From the NCBI GenBank assembly GCA_965248055.1, contig CBDFIJ010000004.1:1440001-1504000 (forward strand): a DNA stretch of 64,000 nt. Reading direction: 5' to 3'. This DNA is from Candidatus Multivoradales bacterium. GTDB lineage: Bacteria; Acidobacteriota; Thermoanaerobaculia; Multivoradales; JAHEKO01. The translations under genes and the position numbers were made by a program. The notes under the pieces were generated by a model, which worked only from the letters and a program-made list of their open reading frames with translations, was not told the DNA's origin and ran no database searches. Every line of letters starts with the position of its first letter. Position 1 is the stretch's first letter. This document shows, in pieces, positions 41,369 through 49,192 of the stretch.

Positions 41369-42527
41369 AGGTACCACCCGATTTCCTGCGAGATCTTTGC
41401 AATGAATTGCGTCTCTCTCTGCATGAGCAGACGACTTCGATACATCCCCGAAGGTGGCGCCTTGGTCGAGATCACCTGCCGCACCTTCCAGGGACGCTAT
41501 CTGTTGAAGCCCTCCCCGGCTGTCAATAGCTGCATTGCAGGTGTGCTCGGGAGAGCCCAGAGGATTTATCCCGTCGAAATCCATGGCTTTGCTTTCCTCT
41601 CCAACCACTATCATCTCCTCATCACCGTCCCAGATGCCCACAGAATGGCCCAGTTCGTCGGCTACTTCAACTCCAACCTCGCCCGAGAACTCGGGCGAAT
41701 TCGAAGCTGGACCGACAAAATCTTCTCCCGCAGATATCAGGCCATTGTTGTCAGTGAAGAGGAAGCTGCCCAGGAGGGGCGCATGAAGTATCTTCTAAGT
41801 CAGAGCGTCAAAGAAGGACTGGTTAGCCATCCCACTAGATGGCTTGGCCTCCACTGCGCTAAACAGCTTCTCAAACGACAAGACTCGCTATCTGGTCGCT
41901 GGCGAAACAGGACCCAAGAAACAGTGCACTACCGAACAACAAGGGAAAGCAAGATCTTTCTGCGGACTGAGCATATCCAACTATCGCCGCCTCCTTGCTG
42001 GCAAGGACAGAGCCACCGCTGGATTGCACAGCGCTGCAAAGAGCTAATAGAACTGATCCAGAATGAGAACAAAGGGATCGAACCTATGAAACTCCCCGAT
42101 CCCGATCCCACTCAGCGGCCGGTCAAGATCAAGCGCTCACCCGCACCGATATTTCACTGCGCTTCTAGAAAGGCAAGACGCTTGCTCTATGAAGCCTACT
42201 GTTGGTTTGTGACTGCCTACCGCGATGCCTGTGAGCAGCTCAAAGCCGGGAATCTCCAAGCTGCCTTCCCGGCAGGCTCATTCCCGCCCCCCAGGCCGTT
42301 TGTAGCGTCCTGAGACACACTCAAGAGCGAGCTTCGAGAAGAAGGTGAGGGAGAGGCTTGCCCTTATGACGGCTCAGACCGTGCCAGCGACGAGACTTTC
42401 AAAACCTCGGGTCAAAGATCTGCGTTGTTTCACTGCAGTCAGGAGCAGAGCCTCGATTGTTTCAGCATTCCTTCCCACACGGAGGCCGTCTTCAAATTCC
42501 CCTGAAAATCACCTGGCACGCTCTCTG
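41369..42527 (+). mobile_element. HUH/Y1 (IS200-like, RAYT-like) element, copy 1
   Basis: Bounds taken from alignment with copy 2; left end AGGTACCACCCGATTTCCTG, right end CCCCTGAAAATCACCTGGCACGCTCTCTG (imperfect inverted pair). Confidence 0.8.
41423..42313 (+). CDS. RAYT-like / IS200-like tyrosine (HUH) transposase, 296 aa
   Basis: MSRRLR start, EITCRT, HUH motif SNHYHLL, FSRRY, candidate catalytic Tyr in MKYLLSQSVKEGLV. Confidence 0.85.
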   Translation: MSRRLRYIPEGGALVEITCRTFQGRYLLKPSPAVNSCIAGVLGRAQRIYPVEIHGFAFLSNHYHLLITVPDAHRMAQFVGYFNSNLARELGRIRSWTDKIFSRRYQAIVVSEEEAAQEGRMKYLLSQSVKEGLVSHPTRWLGLHCAKQLLKRQDSLSGRWRNRTQETVHYRTTRESKIFLRTEHIQLSPPPCWQGQSHRWIAQRCKELIELIQNENKGIEPMKLPDPDPTQRPVKIKRSPAPIFHCASRKARRLLYEAYCWFVTAYRDACEQLKAGNLQAAFPAGSFPPPRPFVAS

Positions 42528-43129
42528 CAGGAGAGCCGCAATCTTGGAATCGGTACACATATGTAAACAATCGGCCAATTCACTATGTTGATCCAGATGG
42601 GCAGTTTGACTTTCTGTCCTTTTTCAGGATCAGTGAAGAAGCAAAGAGCGAAATCCAAAAAGCGGAAGAAGCCTTTGAGGAAGCTCTGGAGCTTGATGCT
42701 AAGTTGCGACTTGGGGGTATTGGGGGAGCTGTTCAGCTCGGTCCAGGCAAAGTAGAAGGGGCGTTAGAACTAAGACTTGGGGTAGATTTGACTACGGGAG
42801 ACTCGGAACTCGAGGGAAGGGGTGTTCTAGCAATACAGGGTGGAACGATCCAAGGACGTGCCTCCGCATCAGCGCAACTTCCCATTATTGAGGGTGGCGA
42901 ACTGTTCCCAAGTGGCGTTACAGGTGACATAAATGGCGCCCTGAGGACCGACGCTACAAATTTGGCTTCAGATTCAGTCTCAGTGACTGCTAGAGTTGGG
43001 ATAGCGCGACTGTTTATCGGAGTGAATTTTGGCGCGTATGCGCGGGGTGTCTCTCACACTGCATCCGCGGTCCGAGAATTGATTCGAGGTAATCACGACC
43101 AATTTGATGTACCTATCTTTTTTCCATAA
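42527..43129 (+). pseudogene. Orphan Rhs C-terminal toxin tip (5'-truncated)
   Basis: In frame upstream of ORF 42704 lies GEPQSWNRYTYVNNRPIHYVDPDG, the Rhs core terminus; in-frame TGA at 42503 and no start codon before the motif. Confidence 0.85.
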
Positions 43130-43145
43130 CTAGAAGGGGGGGGCG

Positions 43146-43460
43146 TTGTCCGACGATGCTCGCGGAACCAGGGTTCTCCTTTTTTCGATTGCCCTACTAG
43201 GCGTAGTCGGTGGTCTTGCGTGGATAGGGATGTACGTTCTGAACGGACGAAGTGCCATACCTTTTCCCTTCCTGTTCTTGCTCTTCTTGGGCGTCTTTGG
43301 ATCGTGGGCTGGCAGCATCGTTTTGTGGACACTACTCCCGCGGCGCGGCTGGACGCATTGGCTCATTTTTCCAGTACTGGTGGTGTTTGGCGGTTTCTTT
43401 GGCTGGGTCTACATTGTGTTGCGCGTATCGAAGGCCTGGCGTAGACAAGGGTTCCGCTAG
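43146..43460 (+). CDS. Small 3-TM protein, putative Rhs immunity protein
   Basis: Directly follows the Rhs tip; G-rich RBS before TTG; three hydrophobic helices. Confidence 0.6.
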   Translation: MSDDARGTRVLLFSIALLGVVGGLAWIGMYVLNGRSAIPFPFLFLLFLGVFGSWAGSIVLWTLLPRRGWTHWLIFPVLVVFGGFFGWVYIVLRVSKAWRRQGFR

Positions 43461-43474
43461 ATAGACGTGCCACA

Positions 43475-43676
43475 CTAGGGCGTGTTAACACTAGAGACAG
43501 CACTCACAATGAGTGCGAACTGTATAAATAATGTGAAGATTATGTCCAATTTGTCGAAGCGTGAGAATATCCGACGAAACCCCTTCAAGCGACGAAACAA
43601 GCGCTCGGCTTCATTGCGCTTCTTGTACATTTCTCGGTCGTATTGCCAAGGTTGCAATCGATTGCTTTTCGGCGGC
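43475..43676 (-). mobile_element. IS5-family remnant (transposase C-terminus plus one end)
   Basis: PPKSNR...YDREMYKKRNEAERLFRRLKGFRRIFSRFDKL; terminal CTAGGGCGTGTTAACA; cut off at the 25-bp motif. Confidence 0.85.
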
Positions 43677-43677
43677 G

Positions 43678-43702
43678 AACTCCCCTGAAAATCGCCTGGC
43701 AC
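43678..43702 (+). repeat. Stand-alone copy of the Y1-element right-end motif
   Basis: AACTCCCCTGAAAATCGCCTGGCAC versus AATTCCCCTGAAAATCACCTGGCAC at 42495 and 47849. Confidence 0.85.
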
Positions 43703-43753
43703 CCTTGGCACCCTTGACTGCGGAGCGAGTCGCTTGGCTCGAACCGTGCCTAC

Positions 43754-44407
43754 TTAGACACAGTTGAAATCGCGCGCCCGTACTCCGACAACGTCGGAAT
43801 AGAGAATGCCCGGACCGAAGAACGGATCCACCATCCAAAGCCGCAGCTCGTGAATCGGGCCCGGCGATCGACACGTAACGTTAGCTTCGGCCACGCCGGA
43901 TGCCTCGGTCACAACGACCGGCTCCCCTTGATCAAAGACTGACTCGCCATCCCGAAAAATATCCAGGATGATGAATTGGAACCGCGGTTCAAAGTTGAGG
44001 TACTTCACCCGAACCCGAAGACGATTCTGATCGGAAATGCTGGATCCATTTGCGGTCAGAATCTCCATGATCTGCAGACTCCGGGTCCCATCGTTCACTG
44101 CGACTTGCAAACTCGAACTCCCGCCGCCCGAACAACTCGCCGTTACGAGCTTGGTGCCGGTCGTCAGCCAGACAGTCTCGAACGCAGTTCCCACGCCGGT
44201 CGGTTGCGAAGCACCGCCATCAGCGCTCCAATTAACCGTAGTCGGGCAACTTGAGGCAGATCCCCTCCATGTCTCGCTGGTTGCAATGTCCGCATCACCT
44301 TCCAGCAGCAAAGGCACTGCAGGCGCAAGCGGATTACTTCCGCTGCCACCACAAGCCAATGACATCAATCCGAAAACAATGAGCCCCATCAGGGTCGCCT
44401 GACGCAT
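43754..44407 (-). CDS. Hypothetical lipoprotein (beta-rich)
   Basis: MRQATLMGLIVFGLMSLAC-GGSGSNP lipobox; ATG at 44407. Confidence 0.65.
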   Translation of the reverse strand: MRQATLMGLIVFGLMSLACGGSGSNPLAPAVPLLLEGDADIATSETWRGSASSCPTTVNWSADGGASQPTGVGTAFETVWLTTGTKLVTASCSGGGSSSLQVAVNDGTRSLQIMEILTANGSSISDQNRLRVRVKYLNFEPRFQFIILDIFRDGESVFDQGEPVVVTEASGVAEANVTCRSPGPIHELRLWMVDPFFGPGILYSDVVGVRARDFNCV

Positions 44408-44456
44408 TAACCGCGATTGTAGCTTAGGTTTGCTATCGCGTATCGCCGAGCAACTC

Positions 44457-44481
44457 AATTCCCCCGAAAATCGCCTGGCAC
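44457..44481 (+). repeat. Stand-alone copy of the Y1-element right-end motif
   Basis: AATTCCCCCGAAAATCGCCTGGCAC. Confidence 0.85.
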
Positions 44482-44490
44482 CCAGTCCGA

Positions 44491-45624
44491 TTGGTAAACC
44501 CGGTCTCTCCCTCCGAAAGTCTCGACTGCTTGGATGGAAGGTTGGGGAGCTTGTCTGGTTACCGTGAAGCGGACGGCAAAGTACGAATGATCCTGCCTTA
44601 CTTGCGCGGCGATGAAGCATACGCAAGCCTTAGCACCAAGGTAGCAGAGCAACTCTCTGGTAAGGAACTTCGTGGTTTGCCGGAAAAGCGCCTATTGCGA
44701 TTTCTCCCACCCGACCGTGAGCCAGCCCCGGTTGTTGGCTGGCCACTTTCCTACTCTGCGACGGAAGACTTTTCGGGGCGATTTGTTTTTGTTGGGGCGG
44801 CTGGAAACGATAGTCATGAGACCGCTTTCGGAAAGGTGGCCGGAGTGCGCATTCACGCATGGGCTGCTCACGCGCTTCGCACCGCTTCGTTCCTGCGGCG
44901 TACCGATTATCGCTGGACTTTGCTCAGTCTGTTCGGCGCCTTCTACGTGCTTACCCTGGTGCAGGCACACGGGGGTGGGCGCCGGGACTTGATCGTTTCG
45001 GCAGCGGCACTGTCTCTTGGCTTTATCGCTGCTACTGTTGTCGCGGCCCGGTTTGGTCGTATGTGGGTCGACATTAGTTATCCGTTGATTGGGATCTGGA
45101 TCTTGACTGGGCTCCTGTCGGGCGGTGCTGTCTTACAAGCTGGTCGACGGCGGGTTGACAGCAAAGAGCCGCTTATTGTTGAAGCGGCCGGTGGCGGCGT
45201 TGGGCCTAGTGATGTATTCCTCAGTCACAATTCGAAGAACAAGCCACTGGTAAGAGAATTGGCGGATGCGTTGCAAGCCCGTGAGCTTGCTGTTTGGCTT
45301 GATGAATGGGAGTTAGTACCTGGCCGTAGCTGGCAGGAAGAATTAGAAACAGCCATCAGCACCACCCGTTCGGCAGCGGTATTGGTGGGTGCGCAGGGAC
45401 TAGGACCATGGGAAATCCCGGAGATGAGAGCGTGTATTTCCGAGTGCGTGGATCGAGGCATGCCGGTAATCCCGGTACTTCTTCCTGGTGCCTCCCGCGC
45501 ACCAGATTTGCCGCTTTTCCTCAGAAGCTTCACCTGGGTTGACTTGCGCAAGGGGTTGAGCGAAAAGGGATTGGATCGCTTGCAGTGGGGGATTACGGGT
45601 GTGAAACCAAAACGCGCTCGCTAG
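44491..45624 (+). CDS. CHASE2-like domain, three TM helices and a TIR domain; probably 5'-truncated
   Basis: EADGKVR, FSGRFVFVG..GVRIHAWA (CHASE2 C-terminal half), three TMs, then DVFLSHNSKNK...VWLDEWELVPG...GLGPWEIPEM...VIPVLLPG (TIR_2). Confidence 0.8.
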   Translation: MVNPVSPSESLDCLDGRLGSLSGYREADGKVRMILPYLRGDEAYASLSTKVAEQLSGKELRGLPEKRLLRFLPPDREPAPVVGWPLSYSATEDFSGRFVFVGAAGNDSHETAFGKVAGVRIHAWAAHALRTASFLRRTDYRWTLLSLFGAFYVLTLVQAHGGGRRDLIVSAAALSLGFIAATVVAARFGRMWVDISYPLIGIWILTGLLSGGAVLQAGRRRVDSKEPLIVEAAGGGVGPSDVFLSHNSKNKPLVRELADALQARELAVWLDEWELVPGRSWQEELETAISTTRSAAVLVGAQGLGPWEIPEMRACISECVDRGMPVIPVLLPGASRAPDLPLFLRSFTWVDLRKGLSEKGLDRLQWGITGVKPKRAR

Positions 45625-45779
45625 CAATGCTGGGGGAACCAAACCACTCCAGCGTTGAGTCGGGTTCTTGCAGTTTCCTGCGACCAAGTGACCGCTATTT
45701 AAACTCACTACGCAGCAAGTACCTGCCATTGGTATGTTTGCCATGGAGGTTCTCTTGATCGTCCACCAAAAGGAGCACC

Positions 45780-45995
45780 ATGCTGCAATTCGTAAAAGTT
45801 GTTTTTCCGAAAGATCGTGCGGTCAATATTGACGGCGACCCGTCTGGACGGGTTGGTGATGTGTTGCGGGTGCAGAAGGGGAGGCATACCTTCAACATGG
45901 GGGCACCGCGGGACTACAAGCCCAAGTGGCGCAGGCCGATGGTCGAAGGGACCAATCCACTGAGTCCGATGAAGGTGACCTTTGAACCGAAGTAG
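45780..45995 (+). CDS. Small hypothetical protein (PEGA-like beta fold?)
   Basis: AAGGAG RBS; RAVNIDG..GRVGDVLRVQKGRHTF. Confidence 0.65.
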   Translation: MLQFVKVVFPKDRAVNIDGDPSGRVGDVLRVQKGRHTFNMGAPRDYKPKWRRPMVEGTNPLSPMKVTFEPK

Positions 45996-46129
45996 TCGGA
46001 TCGTGGTCCTAGGGGTCTGTTGGTTTGGACTAGCCTGCGCTCATCTTCAGCCCACTCAGGAGTTGCAGCGGTGGGATGGGAAAACTGGCTACCGATTTAG
46101 CAACCTGGATCAAGGTGAGAACTCCGACT
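45982..46129 (+). pseudogene. N-terminal fragment of a lipoprotein (resembles the start of patatin-like lipoproteins), interrupted by an IS3-family end
   Basis: GLAC-AHLQPTQELQRWDGKTGYRFSNL...NSDS, then the IS end; no catalytic motif remains, so the family call is tentative. Confidence 0.5.
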
Positions 46130-46708
46130 CGGAACCTGTCAACAACTTTGAGACAGTTGGCAGAATTAATTAGTGAATCGGGACAACCTCCTTGGTGCGC
46201 TGATGTTTGGGTGGGTTGATCCAGACGGCCCTCGGTAATAGCTGAACGGTCGGTCTTCCACGGACAAATCGCTGTGGGTTGTTTCGCCAAGCTTGGTCAA
46301 GGGCCAGTTGACGGATCTTGAGCTTGTGGTCGGCCTTGCCGCAGTGGACATCTTCGGGTGTCAGCATGGCGATGCCGGCGTGCCGGTGCTGGGTGTTGTA
46401 CCAGATAAAGAACGACCTGCAAAAGGCGATAGCGTCCTCGATCGAGCCGAACCGATCGGGAAAGCTCGGGTGATACTTGAGGGTCTTGAATTGGGCTTCG
46501 GAGAAGGGATTATCGTTGGAGATGCGAGGCCGCGAGAACGACTGAGAGATACCAAGCCGTACGAGGAGTCGTCCGGTGTCCTTGGCGGTCATCGGCGAGC
46601 CCCGATCACTGTGTAGGGTTAGCTGATTCTTGGGAATGCCTTGCTTGGTTGAGGTCTCCTTGAGAAGCCTTTGGGCTAAGGCCTCGCGTTCGTGCTCGGC
46701 GAGCATCC
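46130..46708 (-). mobile_element. IS3-family remnant (integrase core C-terminus plus one end)
   Basis: LTLHSDRGSPM, SRPRISNDNPFSEAQFKTLKY, WYNTQHRH; end TGTCTCAAAGTTGTTGACAGGTTCCG on the minus strand; truncated by Y1 copy 2. Confidence 0.85.
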
Positions 46709-46713
46709 CTAAA

Positions 46714-47881
46714 AGGTACCACCCGATTTCCTGGGAGATCTTTGGGGTGAATTGCGTCTCTCTCTGCATGAGCAGACGACTTCGATACATCCCCGAAGGT
46801 GGTGCCACAGTCGAGATCACTTGCCGCACCTTCCAGGGACGCTATCTGTTGAAGCCCTCCCCGGCTGTCAATAGCTGCATTGCAGGTGTACTCGGCCGAG
46901 CCCAGAGGCTTTATCCAGTCGAAATCCATGGCTTTGCTTTCCTCTCCAACCACTATCATCTCCTCATCACCGTCCCAGATGCCCACAGAATGGCCCAGTT
47001 CGTCGGCTACTTCAACTCCAACCTTGCCCGAGAACTCGGGCGAATTCGAAGCTGGACCGACAAGATCTTCTCCCGTAGATATCAGGCCATTGTTGTCAGT
47101 GAAGAGGAAGCTGCCCAGGAGGGGCGCATGAAGTATCTTCTAAGTCAGAGCGTCAAAGAAGGACTGGTTAGCCATCCCACTAGATGGCTTGGCCTCCACT
47201 GCGCTAAACAGCTTCTCAAACGACAAGACTCGCTATCTGGTCGCTGGCGAAACAGGACCCAAGAAACAGTGCACTACCGAACAACAAGGGAAAGCAAGAT
47301 CTTTCTGCGGACTGAGCATATCCAACTATCGCCGCCTCCTTGCTGGCAAGGACAGAGCCACCGCTGGATTGCACAGCGCTGCAAAGAGCTAATAGAACTG
47401 ATCCAGAATGAGAACAAAGGGATCGAACCTATGAAACTCCCCGATCCCGATCCCACTCAGCGGCCGGTCAAGATCAAGCGCTCACCCGCACCGATATTTC
47501 ACTGCGCTTCTAGAAAGGCAAGACGCTTGCTCTATGAAGCCTACTGTTGGTTTGTGACTGCCTACCGCGATGCCTGTGAGCAGCTCAAAGCCGGGAATCT
47601 CCAAGCTGCCTTCCCGGCAGGCTCATTCCCGCCCCCCAGGCCGTTTGTAGCGTCCTGAGACACACTCAAGAGCGAGCTTCGAGAAGAATGTGGGGAGAGG
47701 CTTGCCCCTATGATGGCTCTACGATGGCTCAGGCCGAGCCAGCGACGAGACTTTCAAACCTCGGTTCAATAATCTACGTCGTTTCACTGCAGTCAGGAGC
47801 AGAGCCTCGATTGTTTCAGCATTTCTTCCCACACGGAGGCCGTCTTCAAATTCCCCTGAAAATCACCTGGCACGCTCTCTG
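46714..47881 (+). mobile_element. HUH/Y1 (RAYT-like) element, copy 2, direct repeat of copy 1
   Basis: Near-identical to 41369-42527; followed by partial re-duplications of the right-end motif out to about 47915. Confidence 0.8.
46768..47658 (+). CDS. RAYT-like / IS200-like tyrosine transposase, copy 2
   Basis: Same 296-aa protein as 41423-42313 apart from two visible substitutions (GGAL/GGAT, QRIY/QRLY). Confidence 0.85.
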   Translation: MSRRLRYIPEGGATVEITCRTFQGRYLLKPSPAVNSCIAGVLGRAQRLYPVEIHGFAFLSNHYHLLITVPDAHRMAQFVGYFNSNLARELGRIRSWTDKIFSRRYQAIVVSEEEAAQEGRMKYLLSQSVKEGLVSHPTRWLGLHCAKQLLKRQDSLSGRWRNRTQETVHYRTTRESKIFLRTEHIQLSPPPCWQGQSHRWIAQRCKELIELIQNENKGIEPMKLPDPDPTQRPVKIKRSPAPIFHCASRKARRLLYEAYCWFVTAYRDACEQLKAGNLQAAFPAGSFPPPRPFVAS

Positions 47882-48131
47882 GCACGCTCTCGAGAATCAC
47901 CTGGTACCCTCTCTGTAGACCCAAGAGAGTGCGAATAGAAGCTCGTCCTGAGGTTAGATCCGAATCTAAAGAACGCATGACCGATGGAAAGAAAACCCTT
48001 GACTGGACCGCCCGACTCATAGAACCCGCTTTTCTGCGGCAGTCCGGGTCAACTCCAATTCTGCACCCTTGGCCTTGGGCCACAGCACCCTAAAAGGCAA
48101 AGGCCGGCTTGGCACCTAGTCCAGTCTGCAC

Positions 48132-48530
48132 CTACTCCCTGACCTGGTCGAGTGATTCTGGAACAAGAACTTCAGTGGTCTTCTTGAGGTAGAGACCAGC
48201 AATCCCCCAGGCTAAGGGGAGCCAGATTGGAATGTTGAGCCATGGCCGAGAATACTCCCAGGCACCAAATCGGATCGCAACGAACTCTCCCAAAGAACCC
48301 ATCAACGCACAAAGAACGAAGAAAACAACGTCGGATTTTCGATTCCAGCGATATAGCATCGCTGCACCAATCGCCAGCAAACTACCCGCCAGCAAACCCG
48401 GTCGCTGCCACATCGCCGCGACCAGACCAATGCAGGCGCCATAAATGGGTAGATACAGGATCGCCTTAAGACGACCGCTGCCGCCGTTTGGCACTACGCC
48501 CCTCTTGTGATCTTTCAGACCATGGCTCAT
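48132..48530 (-). CDS. Small membrane protein (DUF2878-like)
   Basis: ATG at 48530 overlapping the upstream stop; GSLGEFVAIRFGAWEYSRP..IPIWLPLAWG. Confidence 0.6.
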   Translation of the reverse strand: MSHGLKDHKRGVVPNGGSGRLKAILYLPIYGACIGLVAAMWQRPGLLAGSLLAIGAAMLYRWNRKSDVVFFVLCALMGSLGEFVAIRFGAWEYSRPWLNIPIWLPLAWGIAGLYLKKTTEVLVPESLDQVRE

Positions 48531-49183
48531 TAATACCACTCCTCTAGCTTCTTCTGGACGGATTGGTTCTGCGGAAGCCAGTAAGTCAGATAGGTGAGAA
48601 TCATCCCGCCAGCAATCAAGCCCAGATGCCATTCCTTCATCTCGGCGACTGACACGGCATTCTTCGCAGCATCTGTAAAGCTCACCCATCCCCCAATGGT
48701 GTCCGATTTGAAATGAACTATCACAAGGGCAAAGATTGCCAATGTAGCAACCACGCCTGCAAAAGCTGGACGTCTGCTCGTCCAAGCTTCTCGTTGCACT
48801 TCCAAGAAGAGCATCACCGAAAGTTGGATCGGTATCAAGGGCGCGTAGAAGCTCCCATGCACGCCCCCGCTTAGGCTTATTACCAGTGAGAGCGAGACGA
48901 TGTTCAATACATACAGCACTACGATTCCCACCTCGAGAATCTTGCCCATTGCTACCGGAGATGTAGTGTCTTTCTTGGACTTGGGCCAGCCAAACGCTAC
49001 GATTGAGACGACGGCAATTACACCCAGGGCCGCGATGGTAGTTGCCAATCCAACGACGAAGCAGTCGCGCCTCCAGCTTTGTTGGAAGGGGATCAGGGGA
49101 AAAAGGCAAAGCCCGAGAGCGATCAGCTCTATCAAAGCGACGGCTGCGAAACGTGCCATTGACTGGTGAATCGTAATCGACAT
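48530..49183 (-). CDS. Hypothetical polytopic membrane protein
   Basis: About six hydrophobic helices; SGGVHGSFYAPL. Confidence 0.6.
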   Translation of the reverse strand: MSITIHQSMARFAAVALIELIALGLCLFPLIPFQQSWRRDCFVVGLATTIAALGVIAVVSIVAFGWPKSKKDTTSPVAMGKILEVGIVVLYVLNIVSLSLVISLSGGVHGSFYAPLIPIQLSVMLFLEVQREAWTSRRPAFAGVVATLAIFALVIVHFKSDTIGGWVSFTDAAKNAVSVAEMKEWHLGLIAGGMILTYLTYWLPQNQSVQKKLEEWY

Positions 49184-49192
49184 TGATCGCTC

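Noticed and set aside
41423-42313. Element as an IS605-type TnpA/TnpB or IscB RNA-guided system
   Set aside because: No RuvC or HNH nuclease ORF lies next to either copy
46170-46829. 219-aa ORF as an intact transposase
   Set aside because: Chimeric: its first 40 or so residues are the antisense of the Y1 element fused to an IS3 fragment
42495-47908. 25-bp direct repeats read as a CRISPR array
   Set aside because: Spacing is about 0.8-3.4 kb and irregular, the intervening DNA is genes, and no cas genes are present; the repeat is the end of the transposase element
48531-49109. N-terminal 190 aa of the 325-aa ORF 48132..49109
   Set aside because: Overlaps the better 217-aa membrane ORF in another frame; the plausible gene starts at ATG 48530
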